Positions 29,101 through 41,716 of a stretch of 64,000 nucleotides of DNA are shown here, in pieces. Source of the DNA: Cycas panzhihuaensis. Lineage: Eukaryota; Plantae; Cycadophyta. The stretch lies in NCBI GenBank assembly GCA_023213395.1, contig CM041465.1:92387741-92451740 (forward strand). Reading direction: 5' to 3'. Positions within the stretch are counted from its first letter, which is position 1, and every line of letters starts with the position of its first letter. Under the pieces are notes generated by a model, which was not told the DNA's origin, did not search any database, and worked only from the letters and a program-made list of their open reading frames with translations. A program made the translations under genes and the position numbers.

Positions 29101-32012
29101 AAACAAGAATATCATCAAAGAAAACCATGACAAACCTCCTTAGAAAGGGTGTAAATATATGGTTCATATTTACTTAGAATATTGTTGGTGTATTAGTTAG
29201 CCCAAATGGCATCACCTTAAACTTGTATAGTCCTTGGTACATTCAAAAAGTTATTTTCTCCATGTCTTAAGGGTGGATTAATATTTGGTAGTACCCTGAG
29301 CAAAGATTGATCTTGGTAAAGTCTTCCTCCATGTAGCTCATCTATAATATCATCCATGTATAGAATGACATATTTATTTTTAAGTATTATTCTATTTAGG
29401 GTTTTATAATTAACACACATTTAAAAGGACCAATCATTTTTTTGCTTAAGATAACTAGTATTATATAAGGGCTTCTGCCTAATATTATAGTGCTAAAATC
29501 TAGTAATTCTTGTGTGAGTCTTTTGATTTTTGCCTTTTGTTTATTCTTATACCAATATAGGTGAACTATAGTAGGCCCCTTTCCTAGTTCTAGCTTAATA
29601 ATATGCTCCATATTTCAGCTAGGCGATTGAGTTCTTGGTAATTCTTAAAAGACATCTTGGTAATGGTCTACAAGCTCATTTATCTCCTTTTTTCACTCAA
29701 GAAGTAGTTCGTCCTTAGGACTCTCTATCTATATGGAGAATAAGGCAATAATAAACCCAATGTATCCTTTACAGAGAAAATTTTCCATCTTTTTTATAGA
29801 TATAATTCTTGATTTTGAGAAACTAATACCATTTGGTTAATACTTTATTACATCTCAATTCAATCTAATAAAGTTATCATTATGATTTGGAGAATAAGTC
29901 CCTAATATGCTTAACTATTTAACTACCAAGACTATATTAAAGCCTTAAATTTAAAAAGTATAGTTGTCTACTAAAAATTTATAGTTACTAATGTGTAATC
30001 ATTAATGCTTGGTCTTACCTTGGTATTTTAAGACTTATTCTCTGAGGAGTGAGATACTAAAACCTTTTCTCTCCACGTTCAGCCTTGATTCTCTAGCTAC
30101 TTTGGTATTGATGAAATTATAGGTGTTCCTTAGGTCAATAAGAATGAATACCTTTCCTTTTCTAAGGTATCTTATCAATTTGATGGTGTTGGGTGGGGCT
30201 ACTCTTAACATGGTTGATAGGGATATTATAGGTTAGCCCTTATTTAACTCTTCTTTAAGGGGTATTTCCTCCTCAACTAACTACTCCTTTATATCTTATT
30301 GGTATTCTATTTCTCTATCATCTTTAATATCAAACTCTATATTATATAATTTCCTGTTCATACATTGATGTCCCTTGACCCAAGCTATATTACAATTTTG
30401 ATAAATACTAGGCATTCTTTCCTTATCTCTCTTTATCTCTCTAGTGTTTTGTGTTGCATCGATTGATTCATTCATACTAGAATTAATGTGTTGGCATCCC
30501 TGAAAGTATATATTATTTGGTCTTGCTAACTTATATTCAGGTCAACGAAATACTAGTTGGGACACCCTTTGAGTGCTTTAGACACTATATGCGGTTTATC
30601 TTACTAATCTAATAACCTCACCTAAGTTAGTTTAAAACAACAAATATCTTCTCAAATTTTAGGTCATAGATTACTAATGTAATATGGGAGTACTTTTATA
30701 GAAGTATTCCTAACCTTATAGTGGAGCTTCTAAAACTCATCCATATATTATTTATCTAATTACCCTTTTGGAAACAACATGCTAATTAGACATTATAGGG
30801 CTTGCTCCAATTATCTTCTATTTGTTCTTTACAGGCTTGTATAAAATATTTAAAATTGTAAGTTTTACCTTCCCTTTTCTACAATGTAGCCATGCGTATA
30901 TAGATCTTATAAGGTGGTCTATAGCAAAGTTGATTTGATTCCTGCCATCACTAATATGAATTGAATTGATGGCATTCTCTATTTTTATGAGCCATTCGTC
31001 TGCTTTAATTTCACCACTCTTTGAATATAGTAGTATTTTAAAATTATGATGAAAAGTTGGTGGCTAGATATCATCATGTCTTTTATATTCTTTTTTATCT
31101 TCATTGTATCCCTTATATTCTTTTTATTCTATTCCTTATCAAGATCATTTCCTTTCTTAAGAGATGAGTCCTCTAATATTTATTTTATTACATTTACATT
31201 AATTATCAGATCATTAAGCCTCATATTAGTATTAACTTATTCTTATTAAGACTTGTTAAGATTTGCTCTAAGGGTTTAAAATTCTTCAAAAACTTCTATC
31301 CATTTTTCTTTTTCCCTTTAGTACTCAATTATTTTAGGCTCTAGAAAATGTGAGCAAAACTCTAGTTTAATAACTTCTAAATGATCTACATTTTACATCA
31401 TTGTTGGACCGGAATGGAACGGAAGTGTCTGGTTCTTGAAAGCTAGGGTTCGAACAGCATGGCGGTGGAAGGTTTTTTGCAGGCTGGGACGTGCTGGCAT
31501 CCATCATATGGCTATAGCAAGGTTGATAGGGCCTTGCCTAAGGATTCTAATGTGGCGTTACGTCCCATAGATTCATCTGTGAAGAGACTTAGGTCGGTAA
31601 AGGAGAAACGGTGGCATAGTTCAGGGCGAAATAGCCAACACAAAGCTGGTGTGTGTGAAGTCCAGGGATCTCAGCTCTGGTTTTTTCTAGAACTACCAGT
31701 CGATAGTGGAGATTCGAAGCCCTCAGGGGCAGGACGTCATGTCAGGACAAGATCTAGAGAGTGTAATGGTATGACAGAAAGAAGGCAGACAGGGCCAGCT
31801 AACAGTTCTTGTTCGGAGGTTGATAGGCTGCTCAATAAGCTCATTTAGGCAAGGAGACAGATTCAGATTGGTGAAGATAGATATACAGAAGAGAACCTAG
31901 CTAAGATCTGGACCAAGAAAATGGAAAGGAAGTTTGCGGCTGAGCTGGTCTTAACTATGGTATGCTTATGCTCTCTTGGCTAGTATTTTTTTATCGTTTT
32001 TAAATTTTAAAT

Positions 32013-33437
32013 ATGGAAATGGATTAAAATCCTCACAACCAGAACCAGATCCCCAACCTATCTCTGGGGAAATCTTACCATGATGCACTTAAAACAAATG
32101 AGGAGGAAACATTTGACCTAACACCAGTGGTTGTGGATAACAAAGTTAGATTGAAAATCCCCCAAGCTCTTGTGGAGAAAACCGAGAAACTTTGGGAGAA
32201 TTGCCTTGTTGGCAGATTCTCACGACCAAGACCTAGTCTAGAGACTATTAGGAGCTGGACAAGTTCTAAATGGAAAATGGTAGGCAGCGTGGAAGTTATA
32301 GCCATGCCTAAGGGCTGCGTGAATATTCAAATTCTCTTCTTATGAAGATATGTCCAACATTCTGCTAAGGGCCCCATGGATGTTCGGTAGGAAAGCCCTG
32401 TCTCTCGAGAAATAGCATAGGGACTTTGATCCCTCTGTTCCTAAAATCAAACAAGCCACAATATGGATCCAACTTTTGGGCCTCCCCTTGCACCATTGGA
32501 ACCCCGAAGTATTTAAAGGTATAGCCAAAGCAGTGGGTCCTCTCCTAGCAATTGATTCTGTGACAAAGAACATGAGCAGACTCATAAATGTGAGAATCTG
32601 TGCTTTAACATGACTCGACAAACCCTTCCTAGATGACATTTGGATGGATATGACAGATGGGAGTTGGGTACAATCATTGATCTATGAAATGGAGCATTTT
32701 AGATGCTCCACCTGCAAAAACTTGGGGCATTTGCCCCAAAAATGCCTAGGGGTGCAGCTTTTAAAGGAAGAGAATACAAAGGGACCCTTAGAACCAAATC
32801 CCCAGGAAAAGAAGGAAAAGGAAAAAGGGATGGTTCCAGAACATCCAAGCATATGGAGGAGGTTGTGACCCCTCATTGGAACCCGGGTTTCGACCCCGAC
32901 GAGGAGGACATGCTCCTAGAGGAAGGGGAATAAGTAGCACAGGGTATCATGCCCCCGGGAAGACCGGTAGGCAAGGATGATATAGGGGTCCCTACCCCTG
33001 CTGTGGCTACCGCTAAGGCTCAAACTATCCTAACCGAACCACAGAGGACGCGGGTTATGGAAGTCACGCGGGGATCGAGTTTGTCCCCCTCCGCAGATGC
33101 TGAAGATACAACAAAAGAATCCATGAACCAAAGGTAGCTAGATAGGGTTGAGGAGTCGGTGATGCCCATAGTGGGGGACCTAGGAATGCCAGATCCAGAT
33201 CCATTACCACAATAGATTATAAAGAAGTAGCCAGATGTGGGAGCTGAGAAGAAGGTAGGGAGGCCACCTTTGAAACTATAAAGAGAGAAAGAAATGGCTG
33301 CCCAGGTAGACCTTGGCAGCCAAAAAACTTTAAAGGAAGTTTTCCTAGAAGGGCTTATCCTTAGATCCAGAAACGAAGGTAGAGAGCTTCCAAAAGGAGA
33401 GTCTGCTGAAGTTTGGAAGCAAAGGAAAAAAAGATGA
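32013..33437 (+). pseudogene. LINE-C ORF1 (DUF4283-like plus CCHC knuckle), disrupted
   Basis: 'WENCLVGRFSRPRPSLETIRSW', 'APWMFGRKALSLEK', 'FRCSTCKNLGHLPQKC'. Confidence 0.85.
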
Positions 33438-36400
33438 AATTAATATTATGGAATATTAGGGGTCTTAATGCCCCTTTGAAATAGAGGATTATTAGGGATA
33501 TGAGGAATAAATATCTCCCAGACCTGATATTCTTACAGGAAACCAAACTTGGCAAGGAGAATGGGCCAAGGGTTAGGAATAAACTTTGGAAGAACGCTAA
33601 AGGTTTTAAAATCGACTATGCCCAAGGAACTAGGGGCTTAATGGTCCTATGGAATCCATCGACATAGTCAGGAGAAATCTTCCTGGCTGAGGACTCCTTT
33701 ATCTCGGTGCGGTTAACAAATAAAAGTAGCAACCTCTCGTGGTTAGCCACAAACGTTTATGCCCCAAATATTTAAGAGGCCAGGAAGAGGCTTTGGGACA
33801 GATTATTGGAGACCCATAGGGATTGTCGACAGCCATGGTTACTGGTGGGAGATTTTAACTTGGCACTACCTCCATGGGACAAGAGAGGTGGCACTAGTAG
33901 ATGGGCAACCAATATGGGAGAGTTCAGTGACTTCCTACAGCAAGGGGGTCTGGAGGATGTTAAGCTCAGGGGTGCTTCCTTTACCTGGTCCAATAAGCGC
34001 TTGGGGAATGATTTAATTCAAATTAAATTGGATAGGGTATTGGTCAACTATGACTGGATGAGGTGCTTCAATGACTTCACCCTCGAGGCATTGCCAAGGA
34101 TTAACTCTGACCATTCCCCTCTCTTGTTTCAATTTTCAGACCCAGGCAAATGTATTGGGTCACCCTTCAGGTTCGAACTAATGTGGCTCTAACACCCCAA
34201 CCTTAGGAAAATGGTCGAGAAATGGTGGGGAATTCAAATCAAAGGCCATGCAATGTACAGATTTTCAAAGAAGTTTGATTGGGTCAAAAGACAAGTTAAG
34301 GTATGGAACAAGGATGTATTCCAAAATATATATGAGCAAAATGATAAAACTATCTGCGAGTTGAAAGAAATAGAGGGTAGGATTGAACAGATGGGCAGGT
34401 CCCCAGAGTTAGATAAGACAGAGAAGGAGCTGGTTGAGTCTCTGGATGAGACTCTCATCAGAGAGGAAATCCACTAGAGACAAAAATCTAGGGCTCTATG
34501 GCTGGCTGAAGGTGACAGGAATACAAAATTTTTCTATATGACCACAGTCAAACATAGAGCGAGCAATAGAATTACCAGTCTACAAAAGGAAGATAGCTTA
34601 GTTGTTAGTTCATTAGAGGGTATGAAGGAGTTGGCTAGTGAATATTTCAAGAACTTATTCACTGAGTCGCAGGATGGGGACATGGATAGAAGGAAGGACT
34701 TCCTAAACAATATCCCTAGACTAGTGAATAAAGCTCAAAATGCTCAACTGACAGCTCCGCTCACCCTGGAGGAAGTCAGGGTGGCTCTATTTGGCATGAA
34801 GAAAGATAAAGCTCCAGGCCCTGATGGATTCCCTCTGGGTTTCTTCCAAGAGTTTTGGGATATTATTAAATGAGATCTTATGGAAGCTTTGCAAGAGTTT
34901 TGTATTAACAAAAAGATGTTGCAAGAATGGCAGACTACTTTCCTTGTTCTCATTCTTAAAAAAGAAGGAGCGAAAAGGATGGAAGAGTTTCGGCCTATCA
35001 GTCTCTGTAATGTTAAATACAAGATTATAACCAAGGTCTTGGTCAACAAACTAAAGAGAATTATGCCAAACATCATCTCCCATAATTAAGATGGTTTCTT
35101 TCGAGGTAGACAGATTTATGATGGATATATTGTTGTCCATGAAACAATTCATTCAGCTGTAGAAAGGAAGGAGCCTACGATGCTCATTAAGATTGACCTC
35201 ATGAAGGCCTTTGATAGGGTCTCTTGGGAGTGTCTGCTAGATTGTCTAGAGGCTTTTGGCTTTGGGAAACTTTGGAGGTCATGGATAAAGCTGTGTATTG
35301 GCAACCTATAATTCTCAGTTATTATCAATGGTTCATCTTCCAATTTCTTTCCTGGCTTTAAGGGATTGAGACAAGGTGATCCCCTTTCTCCCTTCTTATT
35401 CATCACAATGGCTGAATTGTTGGGCAGAACCCTGGAGTCCGCTAGGAGGCTAGGGTTTCTAAATGGCATTAAATTGACATCGGGGTTGCATAATGTGGCC
35501 CACCATCAATTCATAGACGATAATATCTTTTTAGGAAAGGCGGCTATAAGAGAGGCATCCAGATTTGAAGAGATTTTGGGACACTTCGAGAAGGCCACGA
35601 ACTAGAAGATAAGTCTGAAGAAGCGCAATGTCTTTTTCATAAATACCCCAGGCTATATCTAAGGTGGGATCAGCAGAATTCTAGAGATGGATATTAAAAA
35701 GCTTCCCACAATTTACCTTGGCCTGCCTCTCTTTGTTGGAAAGATGGCCAAAGATATGTTGAACCCTCTTATCGATAGAATGCAAAGAAAGTTAGCGGGC
35801 TGGAAAGGTGCCCTCTTAAGCTTAGCTGGAAAACTCTAGCTAGTTACCTCTACGCTTCAGAGCATCTCTATTTTTTGGATGTCCATCTTCAAGGTTCTGC
35901 CTGGAATCTCAGATGCTATTGAATCCATCCAGAAGAGATTCCTTTGGTCTAGGACTGAAAGCAATGACAAGATTCATCTGGTGAGTTAGAGTAAAGTCTG
36001 TACTCTGAAATGGGCTGGTGGTCTCAATCTGAGAAGACTTTCTCCCTTCAATGTTGCTCTTGACGCAAAGCTTGGGTGGCGTTTACTCAAAGGTGGAGAG
36101 AGACTATGGGAGAAGATCCTATCTAGAAAATATATCCAGGGGGGCTCTCTTTTGGATAATAATGCTTCGTTGATTAGCTCAACCATCTGGAGGAGTATCC
36201 TCAAAGCATGGAAAGCTATTAGGGATGGCTTAAAATAAAGATTAAAAGATTATTGGTCAGGGAGAGAAGGAAGTAGGGTCTGGAGGAACTTTGAGGATAT
36301 CTAGGGGGAAGGAAGCCTGCAGGAGGGTCTCAACAAGATCAAAAGGATTCTAGGCAAGAGTTATATCCCTAGAACGCCTTCGCTAGATTTGATTGTATGG

Positions 36401-37510
36401 CCATTCAGTTTGACGGGGGAGTATATTGTTCAACAGGGTTACCACTATTTATGCCTAAAAAGAGGGGACCAGAGAAACCCAATGCTAGAAGGTGTTTGGA
36501 GGCTCCCTCTTATCCCTAAGATAGCTTTCTTCTGGTGGACTTGTCTAATGAACAAAATACTCATTGTAGATAACCTTCAAAAGCGAGGCTTTTTGTTGGC
36601 CAACAGATGTGTTTTATGCTGCAAAGGGGAGGAATCCATCGACCACATCTTCCTTAAGTACCCTTTTACAAGGGAAGTATGGAGGATGCTGCTTGAGAAA
36701 TTGGAGGTGTGTTGGATATTCTCGCAAAAGATTGTTGACCTTTGGCTTGCTTGGCAAAGCCCATTTAGAAGTAAAATTCTTAGCAGCATCTGGAAGAGTA
36801 CACTTCCGATACTAGCGTGGAACATTTGGAAAGAGAGGAACCGAAGGATTTTCCAGGGGAATTAGAGGGACCAAATAGCCATCTTTAACAGAATCTGTAT
36901 GGACATTAGAGAAAACATTGGAAACGTCAAAGAGAAGTACGCTACCTTGATAGAGAACACAATTTTGCTTAAATAGGGCATAAAGCCTGAATTTGTGGTG
37001 GCAAAGCCCAGATGTACTAGCTAGAGGCCCCCGGAGGAACCCTGGATCAGAATTAACTTTAATGGGGCAGCAAAAGAGAACCCTAGAGAAGCCGGGGGTG
37101 GGGGAACTTATAGGGACAGCAAAGGCACCCTCATTTAGGCCTTTGCGGACTACTACGAGCACCAAATGAACCACTATGCAGAAATGCACGCCATGCTTAA
37201 AGACCTAGATTTAGCTCTCCAAGGGAACATTCAGTGATTGGTGATCGAGGGGGGTTCAGAGGTTGTTTTAAACACACTAAAAGGAGAGGCCCTCCTAGAT
37301 TGGAGATTCCAGGCCATAATCAAAGATGCCAAGGAGATCATTAAGGGTTTAACAGATGTCTGTATAAGGCACACCTTGAGAGAAGGTAATAAAGCAGTCG
37401 ATTTTTTGGCAAACTAGGGGGTGAGGAACAAGAAGGGTCAAGTGTGGAGGTGTGATTTTTCCGAGGGACCTTCTGGTTCTAGTTGAGAAGGATATGGTCC
37501 GTAGTAGCTA
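33434..37510 (+). pseudogene. LINE-C ORF2 (APE, RT, zf-RVT, RNase H), disrupted
   Basis: 'MKLILWNIRGLN', 'LQETKL', 'PWLLVGDFN', 'SDHSPLL', 'KAPGPDGFP', 'LRQGDPLSPFLF', 'HHQFIDD', 'RCVLCCKGEESIDHIFL', 'HTLREGNKAVDFLAN'. Confidence 0.9.
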
Positions 37511-40500
37511 GCCACGAGGCTTGTCCCGGCATACTAGTTCTCTTGCCTAAACCGTAGGGTTGTCATGGTTAACTCTGATTTGGGAACTTACAAACTCTCC
37601 GATGTAATAGGTTGTGGGATCTTGATTCAAACCCACTTAAATTCAATTTTATTTTATCAAAAAAAAAAAAAACTTCTAAATAATCTCTTTAATATCTTCC
37701 AATATATATTACATTAATTTATCCCTAAAATGTTCTAAATCATAGCTCAAAATAATGGCCTTGAAATTAGGATTCTAAGAATTTAGATAAAAATTAAATT
37801 ATGATACTTGTAGTAATAGTTACAAACCTTTCAATGTGGGTTACAATTGGGGTTTTTTAGGACAACAATAGTACCTGTTACTAAAATGCTAATAATTTTT
37901 TACTTCTATATCTAATGGATCTAAAACCATTTACAATAGAGATTAGACGTCAAAACAAACAGATTCAAAAAATATTTAAGATCAATTAAATACTTGTAGC
38001 TAAAGTTATGGATGTTTGAAGTTGTAGTAGCATACATTAAGCCTTAAAGATAATGATAAACAGTAAGCCAAAATTAAATTCTCTGTATTTTTTATAATTT
38101 AACTCCAAACTCTATAGTATAACTACTTAAAATTTGTAGAGCAAGCCTGGTCAACTTAAATTTATGATTATTTTTCTAAAATTCTTTCATTTATACTCTC
38201 GATAATGCATATCCTTGATAAGTAAAAAATAAAACTTTGATACCACTTAAAATGATCCTAAATTAGATCTACTTCATAAAAACAAGAAGAAAGATAAAAC
38301 AGAGTTCTTCAAAGCCAAATGATTAAAATATCCCAAATGAATTAATTCACAAAAGATGATTTACAAATTAATGACAATTCTCTATTTATAGGTGTCAAAA
38401 TTGATCACCTTTTAAAAGTTGTCTTCTTAATAATAATAAAAATAAGTTCCAATAATAATAATAAAATACCTACTCCCTAATAATAATAAAATTAATATCT
38501 AATAATTAAAATTAATAATTTATTATATTTGTGGTTGACTTCCATAATTATATTAAGTCACAACATCAACTATATTTGCTATCAATGTTATTGTTATAAA
38601 TCATTATTACTAATCATAAGGTTGGTCATAGTGACCAATAATATTTATTCCTTTTTTAGTCATTTTCTACTTTACATTATATTTACTTCCTTCTTATCAA
38701 GATGCCTCTTTGCTTAATACTCCATGACATGCTTTAACCTTTAATGGCAATTCATTAGCAAGGCCATACAGTTAGCCCCCACTCCAAGATAAGGGATGGC
38801 AACCTACTGCATACTACCCTAGGACCTCATCTCCAAAAACTTACCATAAGCACCTTTCCATGCTTAGAGTTGTACTATTAAATAGCATATGATTTATTAC
38901 TGTGTTTTATTATGTTTCAATACTTTGCATGAATGTCAAATCAATGAGAAGTTGGGGTATATCTAAATGGTTATCCATTAGAAGATCTTATAAATCTCAT
39001 TTAATTATGTAATTTCAAGGCATTAATGATCTTCTTCTATATGAGAACAAATGGGATGAAGATAGAGATGCATAGCTATAATTAAAATTTAAAAAAAATA
39101 ATCAATTAAATTAAGCAAAAAGAGTGTCAAGTAAGTCAATATAGCTAGTAGGAATTTGGCCATGGAATGGCAAAGCCAAAATAGATATGATCTAATAAAG
39201 AATAAGGTACAAGATAATCCTAACTACAAACACATTTTTAAAAATGGAATCAAAGAATACCCTTCCCATGTCCGTAATGTAAAAGGTGAGAGGGCATATT
39301 GAGTTACATTTTTTATCCATATAGTGTATATGATAAATGATTCAGGGGCTTTGTTATTCAAAGGATAGATAGATTGGTTTCACACATTCAAGAAGTGGAT
39401 TAATTCATAAAAAGAGAATAAGTTAATTAAACTCCAAGTATAAGTGAAACATATGTTTTCCTTTTCCTACTCCAATATTACAATGAATTAAATTATTTTG
39501 TTATATTATTGGGATAAAATACATAAGATAATAAATAACACAAGAATAACAATAATAGGAAAGTTGATCTCTAGGTTAGAAGAATCCAATAGGACTCTTT
39601 GTACTTATAAGTTGCATTCAAACCTAAAATTAGATTAGATGAATGTTGGGTATATAAAGGGAGTTTAAGATGCTCATGCCACATTTATATATTTCAAAAT
39701 TCAAATTGTAACCAATTTTGAACTTTAAAATAAGTGAGTTAAGTGTATGATCAAATGAGAATAGTATATAATATCTACTTGACAACTTTATTATTATTAT
39801 TATTACTAATGTTATATAATAATAATGAATGTTTGTTAGATATTGAACGATATATGCTTCTTTAAAATAATATAAAACAAGCCTTCTAAAAATCTATAAA
39901 CTTTTGGTTCACCCATGCATTGACTCAAGGCATTCACATCCTCTTTAAATTATTCTAAATGATGTATTAGTGCATGAAGGTTTTAACAATTATATCAGTG
40001 ATGAAGAGAACCTTGATTTTATTTTTCTAGTAATAAAGAGGGTACATCCCCAAATAAACATATGTAACTCCCTTACAAGTATGGAGTTCCATATGCACAA
40101 AAATATAACTCCACAAGAATAGGAACAACCCCCTTATGTCATATAAATAAAGGTCCTCGTCAGTAGATGTGACCCTTCTAATCGAAGCATGCTTCTCTTT
40201 TTTATCATGCATTTCATAGAAAGATAACAACTTTTTATCTCAAGACTCACTAATCAAGTTACGCTCTTTAAGTGATGGAATGATAAAATCCCTGTTGTAT
40301 CATACATTCATAGTATATATATGTTTTTTGATTTAACATATTTACATACCTAAAAGAGAAAATACAACTATAAATTAAAGATGACTAAAGTTATTCAAAC
40401 CTTTTTATCTTAACACACAGTGAAAAACAACCATGTCTTGATATTTGGGGGAGAGTAATTAAGGTAGGGTATCTTGACGAAACGGAAATAAGTTAAGGCA

Positions 40501-41716
40501 AGTCTAGTGAAGAAAGGGTACCATGAGAAAAGACAAAGAATAAATAAAGTTTTCATGTAATTTTTTAATGGGGATGAGCAAAGTGGGTACATAACACCAC
40601 TCTAGAGAGATTCCAAGATGCAATAATGACACTAATACCATCAACATTTATTTATCTTAATATAACCATAGTTGACTAGGTGTTGATACAAAAAAATCAA
40701 TACTACATCTTCAAATCACCTCTTATTATGAAACCTCTTAAAATCATAACCCAGGAGGAGAGAACTAAAGTACGTTGCGTGTAAATAGGATGCAGGATAG
40801 GATCTTCAAAGTACTTGTGTTAGATAGAGATGGACCTATGTAGGATTAAGATGGATCAACAACAAAATTTTCATAATTTTCACCTAATAAAACTTGATAA
40901 AATTTGTGTTCCTAGGGGGCAGAAAGAAATAACATCCCATTAAACCACACCCCCACCAATCCAAATAATAATAATAAAATAAAAAACACATCCGCGGGAG
41001 AGAATAATATTAAAAAAATCTACATTGGAATGGTAAGAGGATTATGAGTAAAGGGAGCAGTAGAATTCGAAAGCACCGCCTTAAGATAGAGTGGAGGAAA
41101 GGGAGAGGACCCACTTGTCCGCCCCCAGATTTACCTAGAAAAACACACAAAAAACGTTTGGCACCTCCATTTTTAGCCCCAGGTGGGCCGTTTCGGGACA
41201 AATAAAGCACAGCGTGCATAGTCTGGGAAACCCCAAACCGGAGAAATCCTCCCCCAGATAAAATAGCAGAATAATAATTATACAAAAGGTTACCCGTTGC
41301 CGATTTAATCAACGGCCTAAGACGATCCCCCAAGAAGATCAACGGGCAAAAGGGGGTTATTCTGGACTACACATCTGCTTCCATCCTTCCATTTTCTTCC
41401 CAAGTCGGTGTCTTTACTCAGCCCTCGAGAAGCATTTTTCTCTCTACTCGATCTGCCCTCCAAGCGCTCGGATAGCCGTTGCAGGCGTTTCTCTCGAAGT
41501 TTTTGGTTAAATTTTAATACAAAAGCGGGTGATTTCTGCCATTCGGTTGCTATTCTCGGCTTGGTTTCTTTCCGGGGTTTTGGTTTTGAATTTAGGGGTC
41601 GTTTCTGAGAGTTTCGAGCAGAAACAGATCGAGGCGTTGTTGGTGTGATTTGGGGTGTCTGAGTTTTTGAAATATATTTGTTGTTAATCAGTACCAGTCT
41701 TAGTAGATCTGCGGCC

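Larger units (their letters stand above)
31388..37670 (+). mobile_element. Full-length L1-clade LINE with RNase H (LINE-C), ~6.3 kb
   Basis: 16-bp TSD aacttctaaat(g/a)atct at 31372-31387 and 37671-37686; poly(A) from ~37659. Small internal deletion near 36240 relative to LINE-B. Confidence 0.93.
26563..38565 (-). mobile_element. Ty3/gypsy chromovirus (LTRs 26563-26890 and 38248-38565), interrupted by LINE-C
   Basis: Alignable ~320-bp LTRs; PBS actttgatacca at 38234-38245; PPT tccctctcctt after 26890. RT 'MCVNYKTLNRIILKNKY', 'VMPFGLTN', 'VMVFFDDILV'; integrase 'MDFIIGL'; chromodomain-like 'YLIK.KELP...TWENE'. TSD ttgat/tcaac, both derivable from tcgac. Confidence 0.88.

Noticed and set aside
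38566-40900. Possible additional TE remnants upstream of the gene (and at 26130-26562)
   Set aside because: AT-rich decayed sequence without assignable domains or termini.
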